From positions 82,896,001 to 82,960,000 of the forward strand of contig NC_087437.1 of assembly GCF_036321535.1 (NCBI RefSeq): 64,000 bases of DNA, given 5' to 3'. The translations under genes were made by a program, and so were the position numbers. Source of the stretch: Camelus dromedarius (Eukaryota). The notes under the pieces are model-generated. The model saw only the letters and a list, made by a program, of their open reading frames with translations. It was not told the DNA's origin and did not search any database. Shown in pieces: positions 53,890 through 64,000 of this stretch (positions are counted from its first letter, which is position 1; every line of letters starts with the position of its first letter).

Positions 53890-54380
53890 TGTATTATTTC
53901 CTCTTGCTGCTAAACTTTGTTATAGCAAAGTATACTTTGTTGGCTTAAAACAAGAATTTATTTTCTTACAGTTCCGTAGGTCAGCAGTCCGAAAAATAAG
54001 ATATCATCAAGGCTGCATTCCTTCTGGAGGTTCCAGGGGGGCTTAGTTTCCTTGCCTTCTCCAGCTTCTAGAGCCCTCTTGCATCCTTGGCTCGTGGCCC
54101 CTTCCTCCATCTTCAGGACCAGCAGCGTAGCAGCTTCAAATCTCTCCCTTCTGACTGTAACCCTCGTTTCTCTCAAAACATATCCTCTTCTGACTCTGAC
54201 CATCTCTCTCCTTTTATTTGTTGTAATTACATTGAGCTCACCTGGATAATCTCCCCATCTCAAGATCCTTAACTTAATTACATCTGTAAAGTTCCTTTTG
54301 CCATTTAAAGTAACATATTCACAGTTTCTGCGGATTAGGATGTGGATAATTTGGGGGGGTGCATTATCCAGCTTCCCACC
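53890..54380 (-). mobile_element. MaLR solo LTR (MLT1D-like)
   Basis: MLT1 motifs (ggctgcattccttctggagg, cctggataatctccccatctcaagatccttaacttaat) and a perfect 5-bp TSD tatgc (53885-53889 / 54381-54385). Confidence 0.85.
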
Positions 54381-54427
54381 TATGCCATTTATTTTGTTCT
54401 GGTCAAAAACCACTTGGAGTAGTGTTT

Positions 54428-54561
54428 CCTTTTTTATTTTCATTTTTTTGGGGGTAGTTAGGTTTACTTATTTATTTTTAGCAGAGGTACTGGGGATTGA
54501 ACCCAGGATCTTGCGTATGCTAAGCATTCACTCTACCACTTGAGCTATACCCCCTCCCCCC
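54428..54561 (-). mobile_element. tRNA-derived SINE (Vic-1 type)
   Basis: Reverse-complement SINE with a perfect 13-bp TSD tggagtagtgttt (54415-54427 / 54562-54574). Confidence 0.92.
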
Positions 54562-54869
54562 TGGAGTAGTGTTTTCAATACTGGGCATTACATTTTCAGG
54601 AGGAAATTGATAAATGACATTATACAGAAGAGTAATATTACGAATTATTCATTCACTCAGTAAACATTTGTGAAGTGTTCACTATGTGCCAGGGACTGGG
54701 CAAGAAGAATTCTGGAGATACAGATAAGATCTTATGAGCCAGGACCCTGGAATCTAATCATCTGGTTTTGAATCTTGGCCTCACCATTTACATACTGAGT
54801 GACCTATGCGAATTGCTGAATCTCTCTGTGCCTCAAGTTTCTCACTTATGAAACTGAAATCAAATTACA

Positions 54870-54964
54870 TGAAGTATTGTGCCGTACACCAGAAACTGAC
54901 ACATTGTAAACTGACTACACTTCAATCAAAATATATATACAAAAAAAAAAAAAAAAGAGAGGGA
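54870..54964 (+). mobile_element. Truncated L1 3' tail inserted in a MIR
   Basis: acattgtaaactgactacacttcaat..(A)n with a perfect 15-bp TSD tgaaatcaaattaca (54855-54869 / 54965-54979). Confidence 0.85.
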
Positions 54965-55499
54965 TGAAATCAAATTACAACTGTCCCACAGGGTTCTTGT
55001 GAAGATTGAGACTCTTGATAAAGTCTCTGGCACGGTGACCAGCATATAGAAATCAGTGAGTGCTGGCATTGAGGAGGAACGAGAGGACTCCAGCAGACTG
55101 TGGAGTGCATAGTGGCCACCAGTAACTTGGAAAGGCTTTCTAGAGTGAGGTCTTGAAAGGTGAGATTTCGTAGTTCATTGAGGAGAAATAAGGGATGTGC
55201 AGTGAGAAGACATAGTGAAGGATTTGGAAACCCTGAGGAAGGGCTAAGGAGACTAGGGGAATGTAGCTTAGGAGCTTTAGGAAACAGTTTAGGAGTCACG
55301 TGAGAGCTGCATTTAAACATTGTTGCTAGGGTAGTTGACCCAACACAAAGAAATTAGACTCCTTTTACTTCTAGCCAGGAAAATTTCCAAGCCCAAGTGG
55401 AAATGACAAAAGCAACAATCATCTCAATATTTGAAAGAACTTGTGAATAATAAGAATTCCTTTCATTGTGGGGGGTGAGGAAGTGATATAAACCCTCCT

Positions 55500-56115
55500 C
55501 TGTGCACCACTGACTGTCAAACACACAACACTGCCTTCTTTGTGGAACCATCTGTCTTACATCCTTTTCCCCCTGTACCCTTGTCAGTAGAAACCCAAGT
55601 ATTTTAAGGAATTAGTGGGCCATAAACTTTAAGGGAGACTGGGCTTTTTCCAGCCCAGGGGTGTAAATCAGGATTGGTTTGAGCCAACCATGGTAACCAC
55701 TGCCTTTGTGGTGGAGTAGGTTAGGAATGGGCATGCAACACAATTCTTGCCAATGAGATAGGAGAGGAAGGCCTCTGGAAAAGTTTTCCTTATCTCTTCA
55801 AAAGATAAGTGAGGATACAGCATTGTAAATCAACTACACTTCAATAAAAAAAAATTTTTTTTTAAAGATAAATGAGGAAAGTGAGTGCTCTCCCTGCCCT
55901 TTTTCCAGCTATAAGACATCAAGCCAACATCTGAGGAAGGTAGAGCAAGAAGACAGAAAGGGTCTGCATCCTTGATGAGGTGGACAAGCTGCTAAATTAT
56001 CCAACCCTGGAATCAGTGTAAATCATGTCATTTATTAATCAATATGTAATATATTAAAATACACTTAATGTTAAAGTTAGTCACATTTTTCCTTTTTACA
56101 GCCCCAAAGCATCCT
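55500..56115 (+). mobile_element. Ancient ERVL-type LTR (LTR16-like) containing a tiny L1 tail (55816-55863)
   Basis: gattggtttgagccaaccatggtaa, ggaatgggcatgcaacacaattcttgccaatgagat. Inner TSD aaagataagtgagga/aaagataaatgagga. Confidence 0.55.
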
Positions 56116-57184
56116 GTATGTACAGCTAGCAGCATGAACCCTGACCATCCAGGCTCTCATCAGAAAGTAACCATGGAGTCTCTACAGTCTTATCAAAATG
56201 TTGGCTTTAAGAACTAATTTTAAATGAAGGTTACTAACCTGATTTTCAGGTGGGAGATTCTTTTAGACATATTTCTTGGTTCATTTATTTTTCTCTATTT
56301 ATCTCCAGTTTTATCTTTTGGATCAAATCATATCATTAAAGGGCTGTGTACTTATACAGACATTCAAATGAATACCACAAGATATCCAGTGATGGAATAA
56401 TTTGCCTGTGTTAACCATATAGCTATTTTTCAGAATTAATCTCTGCATAGGTAAAGGATTGATTTTCTAATTCCAAAAATTTCTACAAGTCTAAGATTCT
56501 ATGATATCAAAATTTCTAAGTATTGCACTAAACCCACTACATTTTGACAAAAATTCAACCAAGAGATAGCCAGGAAAATGTCAATAGCAACAACAAATTA
56601 ATAAAGGCTGCAGCAAAAGGTTATTTAACAAACTTTCTTCCCTTCTGTGGAGGAGAGAACTATCCCTCTAATTTCTGCTAAACGTCCTTTTTGGACCATA
56701 TATTCCTAAATACTCTTACAATCTCCTTAAGCTTCTCACTTCTCCAGTTCCTCTTTTGTCCCCTTCATCTCATCCTCATTTTGAATCAGGATGCGTTGAA
56801 ACAGTTTGCTGGCCCAGTTTAGGTTCTGGAAAGGGACAGGTCCTCAGAGATCAATGACAGGCTTTGCTCTTCTCACATTGTTTCTCTTTAAAGATTTTAC
56901 AAGACCTATGCCTGCATTCACGTATGAAAAGAGTAGTTTCATTCTGAGTCACATCCTTGCCAAAGTTTATTGAGAATAATGGTAAAGAACAATCCATTTA
57001 TAAGAATCCTTTCTTTTAAAACTTGACAGAGCAAGAAAATTTGACCTGTCCTCCCCAAGTCTAGGGAAGAATGTCAAGTCAAACTTTAATGACAAAGTCT
57101 GAGACAATGGAAAAAGACAGTGTTCCCACTTCTCTCAGGCCCTCTTCCAGTTAGAAGGAGGTGACTTTCGGACCTTACCTAAGG

Positions 57185-57730
57185 GTGGGGGCTGGTTGCC
57201 AGGGGAACCAACCCTATGATTAGTGGGTTGGAACATTCAGATTCACCAACCAGACCTCCCAGGAGGGGAGAGAGGCTGGAGGTTAAGTTCAGTGACCATT
57301 GGCCAATGATTTAGTCAATCATGCCTATGTTAGGAAGCCTCCAAAAAACCCAACAGTGTGGGGTTCCAAGAGCTTCTGGGTTGGTAAACACATGTGTATT
57401 TGGGGAGAGTAGTGCACTCAGAGAGGACATGGAAGCTCTGTGCCCTTTCCCATTCCTTGCCCTATGCATCTCTTCCACTTGGCTGTTCCTAAGTTATATC
57501 CTTTTATAATAAACTGGTAATCTAGTAAGTAAAATGTTTCTCTGAATTCTGTAAGCTGCCCTAGCAAATTAACTGAACCCAAGGAGTGAGTCATTGGAAC
57601 CCCCAATCTATAGGCGGCAGATAAGAAGCACAGGTGGCCACGTGGACTTGGTGATTGGAGTCTGAAGTGGGGAGGGAGGTGGAGTCTTGTAGGACTAAGC
57701 CTTTAACCTGTGAGATCTGATGCCATTTCC
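57185..57730 (+). mobile_element. MER21-like LTR fragment
   Basis: ggggctggttgccagggg..ggccaatgatttagtcaatcatgcctatg..aataaactggtaatctagtaagtaaaatgtttctctgaattctgt resembles the recalled MER21 consensus. Confidence 0.75.
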
Positions 57731-60204
57731 TTTTTTGTGTGTGCTTCTTTTTTTTAACCTCTACAAGATGAGACTGGATAATAATACCTGCCCAATTTCT
57801 TCAAAGTGTTTTGGAAAACAATGATGCTAAACATATACTAGTGCCAGATTAAAATCCTTAGAGACTCAAACCCCCCAGTTGTTACAGAGCTCATTTTCAA
57901 TAGGTAATTCTCTATAAAAATAATACTAAGCCATAATGTAAGTGGGAGAGAGACCAGCAAGATCCTAATTTTTTCCACAGGACTTCTACAGTTTAAAAAT
58001 ATAGTTTTTCATCAACTTCTTTTAAAAAGAAAAAGTACCTCTGTTTTTCTGGTGCCCTAAGAATATACTCAATCTGCCTTTGGATAATCTGGTCCTAGTT
58101 GAGTACCTCCTGTGCGAAGCTCTATGCTTCTGCTAGATGATGAAATAGGGTGAAAAGACAGTGAATGAGTGGTAGGCTTCTGAATTAATTAACATCATCA
58201 GAAAAGGTTCTCTGAGGAGGGAAATTTGAAGCAGAATCCCCAATAACAAGGAGAACCCAACCCGGTAAAGATCAGTGGAAGGAGCAAGTCAGAAAAAGGA
58301 AGCCAGAAAGAAGCCATATCCTGGACATCAAGTAACGCCCTAACTAGTCAGGGAGACAGAAATAAAACCAGCTAATTTTAGCACAACATGGTTCCTGCTG
58401 TACTAGTTGTAAGAACAGCGTGCTCTGAGAACCCAGAAGAAGGAGTGACTATCAGAACTGAGAACTGTGCAGGGGCCGTGCCAAGTAAGGTTTATAAAGA
58501 TGTAGAGCAGCAGTGCCAAGATTTAAATCCTGCCTTCATTGGAGATGTCTGTTTAAACAGATCTGGGCTTCACTCCACATTCACTAGATCAGGATATTGG
58601 AGTTGGATGCATGGAAATCTATGTTTCTAACGAGCACTCTGCTGATGGGAAGACATTTTGGAGTCCTCTGGTTTAGAGAACAGGCCTTGGAGTCAGAAAA
58701 ATGACTTGGACACACAGCTTAAGTCTCACTTTCCTCATCAGTCCTCTTATTGGAGGACCATGAGGTTTAAACGAAGGAGTATTTGTAAAGTGTCATCTAT
58801 TACGGCTATTGTAAGAAAAGTATAGCTTTGCCCATAACTAAGTAAAGAACTGACTGAGTTGGCCCAGAGCTCATATAATGTATCTCAGAATCTTACTCTG
58901 AGGGGAAATGACAGTGGTGAGGTTACAGCTGTCGGGACAGGTGAGGGAGGTTGGAGAGGAAGCCAGTTTCCACTGGGGCAAAAGGACAGTGAATAGCTGC
59001 GAAGCTGTCAAGGCTTCATAGGAAACAGCTGGCTTTGCCTCTTCCTACTCTTTTAAAATTTATTTTTGTCACTTCCTCATTTCAAATGTAAATTGTTTAA
59101 AGTCATTCTCTCCCTAAGATCCAAGTTTAGTCCTTGGCTAAATCAAAAGAAAGTCATCTTGTTAAAAAAGGAACACCACCCCCTTCCCCACTCCCACCCA
59201 CAGGGAAATTAGAGAGTTAGCCAGATAGAGTTTGGCAGAGGGAAGTCAGGAGGACTGGGAAATAATGGGTGGACTCAAATCCCTTCTACCGTCCATACAA
59301 CCCGCAAATTATCACCAGCAACCAACTTCATCCCTTCTAACTGGTCTGACAAGCCTGAGGAGGGAGGAGGGCAGTGGTCTTCACCCCTACCCTTAACTAT
59401 GAAGTGGATCCTCCTGTCCTAAACCAACCACCCACAAACCAACATGCAACCAAACACAATCACTCACTTTCAGATCAGCGCCAAAAAACTGATTTCAGAA
59501 AATGGTTTTCCAGGGTCACTGCTCTCTGTAGATGTACGAGAAACTGCCTGCCTTTCTAGTCTTGAGTTCACTCCAAATGTATACAAGACGGTGGAAATTC
59601 ATTTGGGAGGATGCTTTCTTTTAAGCCCTCCCTTCCTTCTAGAGTTCTGGTAGAGCAACAGATTAGGTTACCAATACTGCAGTGAGGAGGGGAATGGGTT
59701 TTCGATTTTGTACTTTGTGATGTGAGGGATGGCAGCAGGGCGACACGTAAGAAGGAATCACAAACACACTGCGTCCTGCCTTCCAGAGACAGTGAGGGGC
59801 CAGGGGAAGAGGACCCCGGCTTTGGGGTCAGCCAGGCCCAGGTCCAAATTCCTGCTGGGCTCGGTACTCGCTGGGTCCTGGTGCAAGACACCTTCACTCT
59901 TAAGAGTTTTCTTATCTGTTTCTTGCCAGACACTCTGCTCTGGTAGCTGCAATAAATGGTCATTCCTTTGCCCTTGAGATTTAGCCTGTGATTGGTTATC
60001 TGATTATCTAAACTACTGGAGACCCAGATAGTTCTGTGTATTGTGAAAGCAGGTATGGTTTATTAATAACTGATGCTTCTTAACCAAAGTATCTCTCAGT
60101 TCAAAGCAAAGAAACCTAAAAAAAAAAAAAAAGCAAAGAAATCTATTCACTTTTTATGACTGGGAGACATATATATATATGTGTGCTACCATATATTTTA
60201 AAAA

Positions 60205-60357
60205 TAGTTTTAACTTATTTATTTATGTCTTGTTTGTTTTTGGGGGAGGGGAAGTAACTTGGTTTATTTATTTATTTTTGATAGAGGTACTGGGGATTGA
60301 ACCTAGGACCTCGTGCATGCTAAGTGTGCACTCTACCACTGAGCTATACCCTCCCTC
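60205..60357 (-). mobile_element. tRNA-derived SINE (Vic-1 type)
   Basis: gaggtactggggattgaacctaggacctcgtgcatgctaag..ccactgagctataccctccc. Confidence 0.9.
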
Positions 60358-62649
60358 TGTATTTTTTCCAATGATAAGAAAGCTTAAGATTCAGCATTTA
60401 GTCAGTGCTTAAGGGCTGGTTCTGAAAAGACAACATTCCCTATATTTTAATGTTTGGTTCTTTCATACGTGTACAAAATAAGTTCAGTGTAAAATAGAAA
60501 GCATGTCAGAACAAGAAATCTCTGGACAAAGAAAGAAAAATATAATCTCCATAGTTTATCACTGAAACAAGGGCACAAGGGATTATGGCAATATTAAATA
60601 GTGACATTGATTAGTGAAATGATCTGAGTGGGAAGGTGGGGCAGGGAAATTTTCTAAAGAACATGTTGTGTTGACCAGGTGATGGCTGAGTGTCTAACTG
60701 CCCTCTCCGGGTCGATGTGCAGCATGTACACACAGAACCTTTGGTAGGGGCATGACCACCAGGGGCCACGGGAACCAAGTAAATTATAATAACAGCCACA
60801 CTTCATTGAAAACCTACAATGTGTCACTGTGATAGATACTTTATATATTCTTAATATACTATCCATTACTTTTCCAAAACTCTTGCAGAATACAGATGCC
60901 GAAAGGTTAAATAATTTATCTACAGTGCTATATCTAGCAGATTACAGAATGGATCCCAGGAAACTCTTTCTATTAGACTAAGAAGCTTCACTTTGGAAGG
61001 CACGTAACATCGGATAACAAGAGGATCGTCCCAGCAAATGCAGCGTTCCCCAAATATTCTTACAGACTTGCCAACTTCATGTCAGACCCTGATCTGAGTG
61101 TAGGGGAAGTAAAGATGAATAACAGAGCTCTGCTATTATAGAGCTCATGTGCCAGACACACAAGCAAATTTAATAGTAGTGAATGCTGCGAGAGAGCCTT
61201 CTCTGTCAATGCAGGGAAGAGAAAGGTGGAGTGCTGGGGGCGGTGTTCATGGGCAGACTTCTGAGGTCACGGTGCACCCGAGGTGAGCATTCTTCACTGG
61301 TAGACAAAGCAGGCTGGGAGTGGAGTGAGAGAAGAGAGGGCAAGAACTGGGTGGTGTGTGTGGCAAGGTCATTAGAGAGGGTGGTGAACTGCCTTGTGCG
61401 GCCCACGAGAATGAAGCAAGAGCGCGTGAAGGGATATAAGGATTGATGATTGATTTCCCAGAATACTGAGGATCTGAATGATATGTTGAGAATTTGGGGA
61501 ATCTTGGTAATATGATACTTTTAAAAGGTTTAAGTGATGGAAATGGCTCTTTCTGATCTATTTTTGGTAACTTCATAAGTTGGCCTTTAACTCTTGCTCA
61601 TTAGGGGAAGGTTAGCTGGTTTGAGAATGCAAACTAGCCTCAAAAAAGACTCTAGCAACCCAATACAAGGCACTTCCCGGGAGGTTATGTGTTCAAAAGC
61701 TCAGGATAGAACCAGATTTCATTTTGAGACTGTGCCTGAAATGCTGACTCTACCAATGAAAGCAAATTGCAAAGATCTGACTGTAGCATGTACATGAAAC
61801 TCTTCTAGCTGTTTTAGATTTTGTCAATTTGACCCATTGACAAAGAAACCTTGAGTGAGGTAATTTTTTTTTTTTTGCTGTTATTAAATTCTTTAAATAA
61901 ATGTTTTGAGGATTAAAGTGCCAGTTTCTATGTGCATGTTTACATATGCATGTATGCTTATTAAATACGAATTTTTATCCAATGACTTTGAACCAAAACA
62001 GTTAACAATTCGTCTATATTTGTCTGAAGAAAATGAAAACCCTTTCCATTTATACTAGCTACTTTATTCCTAAATTAGAGGAACAAAGAAGTTGTATTCT
62101 TTTTATGTGACAACTGTGTTGTGGATTTCTTGAATTGTAGAAGCTTGAAGTCAAAAGGTCCCAGTTTGGGCCTCTAACAACCCATGTGATCTTAGATAAG
62201 CTCACTAAGCTTGTCTAAATCCCAGTTTCCTTAGGTGCAAAATGGGGTTGATGACGTGTGCTTGGTACAACCCCTCACCTTCATGTTTACTCTGTCCACA
62301 GTAAGGGAAGTAGTATTGTAGGGGTGGAGAGCACAATGAATTCATATTCTGGGTCTGACACCTACTTGTTATGTGACCTTGGCAAACTCTGAGAGGAGAC
62401 TTTACTTTTATGAACCTTAGTTTCTCCATTTACGAAATAGAGATATGGTTGCCTACCTTTATAAGGCTGCTGTGAGAATTAAATCAGATAATATCTGTAA
62501 AGAGCTTAGGACAGTACATGCTGCATATGCATATGTGTGTGTGCATGAAATATATATATATATATATGACACATATATATGACTATATATATAGATATAC
62601 ATATATGAGAGGTTATAAAATATGACTGGGACAAAAGACCTCAAAATAT

Positions 62650-63120
62650 GAATAATGGATTCAATTGATTGTTACAGATTCCACATTGCAACTATTCATT
62701 AAGATGAGTCAAGTTTTGACGTAGTAGCAAAGAATAATATCATCAATTATCTGAAAAGGATATTAAAATACCTCTTTCTGTTTCAATTACTCACCTGTGT
62801 ATGGCTGGAGTTTCTTCATTTATTTCAATCGAAACAGTATCGAGCAAGAATGAATGTAAGTGCAGATATGAGAATCCTGTTGTCTATTAAGGTAAACATT
62901 AAAGAGATTTGCAAAAATGTAAAACAATGTCACTCTTCTCACTGTCTTTTTTGTTTGTTTGTTTTTGGAGAGAATAGTTACTTTTGAAAAGTTTACATAA
63001 TGATAATAGGTAACTGGCTTATTTTTGTTGTTTTAAGCATGTTAATAATATATATATATAAATATTTAAAATTTTTCTCAGTTTTCTAATACAATAAATG
63101 TTAAAATTATAAACAACATA
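62650..63120 (+). mobile_element. Charlie1-like hAT DNA transposon 3' fragment
   Basis: caattatctgaaaaggatattaaaatac..gcagatatgagaatc..acattaaagagatttgcaaaaatgtaaaacaatgtcactcttctcact matches the recalled Charlie1 end. Confidence 0.75.
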
Positions 63121-63227
63121 TCAGTCTTAATTTCAATTAGAGTGGTAAGTTGGGAGGCTTTCATATTCTTTAGAAAAGCCACTTTTGGAAAGTGACTTTG
63201 GGAAAGTTATTTAAACCCTAAGTGCTT

Positions 63228-63228
63228 C

Positions 63229-63266
<38 letters not shown>
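63228..63266 (+). repeat. (ATCA)n tetranucleotide microsatellite
   Basis: About 9-10 perfect units visible. Confidence 0.95.
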
Positions 63267-63269
<3 letters not shown>

Positions 63270-64000
63270 ATAAGAATCATGCCACATTATGTCCAAGAGA
63301 CAGGAAATTAGACAAAATGATATTATGAGCATTCCTCCAGCCTAAAGTTTTTGTGATTCTAGAATTCTGTTCTATTGATAACCCTGGTTAAACCTGTGGC
63401 AGGCTTAGCCAGCAGTAAAAAGCCGAAATTAAGTCCAACATATCATCCCACGTCTTTTTCAAAGAAGACTGAAACCCACACCCCATCCACCCTCCTCCAC
63501 AAAGCTTCCAGAGAAAGCAGGACTGTGACAACCAGTGCAAACTCCATCCACACGGCTCACAGGAGAATGCAGCTCTGTACAAACATGGTCATGCCTTTGG
63601 GGGCATGTTAGGGAGTATCAGGGCAATTCACTATTTCTTTTAAGGGTTGAAGACAGAAGCAGAGAAACTGAATGCTGACATAAAGAGTGGTATGACCCTT
63701 CAGAAGGAAAAAATCTAAACATTAACATCAACTTAATTTGGGACATCTTACTCAACATTTGATTTGTTAGACAAATGTCTGAGTGTCCAATATGAGCTAG
63801 GCATCAAATGTATAATCTTTACTAATCCCAGGTCTAGAAGAATGATTTCTTTTCCTCCTTGAAAAATAACTTTTAGCAGAGCAGTAGTATAAATCTTCCA
63901 TGCTTAAATCTTATTTTTCTTTTCCATTTTGTCCATATCCAACAGTGTTTCATTCTAATATTAACTCACCAACACTTACTATGTACATATGATTTCCAAG

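Noticed and set aside
53958..54443. 161-aa ORF
   Set aside because: Lies within the MLT1 LTR and the adjacent SINE tail.

Overview
Mammalian genomic DNA, most likely from a camelid: it carries several tRNA-derived SINEs of the Vic-1 type and I saw no Alu, Bov-A/BovB or PRE-1 copies. The only protein-coding gene I can support is ST3GAL6 (alpha-2,3-sialyltransferase VI) on the minus strand. Three coding exons (7142-7054, 4521-4444, 334-231) splice in frame to the first ~90 aa, and the rest of the gene lies beyond the left edge of the window. A CpG island at ~41.8-43.05 kb, about 35 kb upstream of the ATG exon, is the probable main promoter and may be bidirectional. Candidate additional 5' UTR exons lie at ~12.5 kb and 23.2-23.4 kb. 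The rest is intronic or intergenic and rich in repeats (L1, solo LTRs, MaLR, SINEs, MIR/L2, hAT-Charlie, microsatellites). I found no convincing new biological system. The most notable structures are a TSD-bounded 3.5-kb L1 insertion that appears to carry ~1.55 kb of foreign flanking DNA, an unidentified retrocopy-like segment at 7.7-8.4 kb, a uORF-bearing cassette exon whose start mimics the ATG exon, three independent insertions of one ERV1-like solo LTR, and GC-shifted ancient repeats suggestive of biased gene conversion. Repeat family names come from recalled consensus sequences, not from a search, and their boundaries are approximate unless a TSD is quoted.
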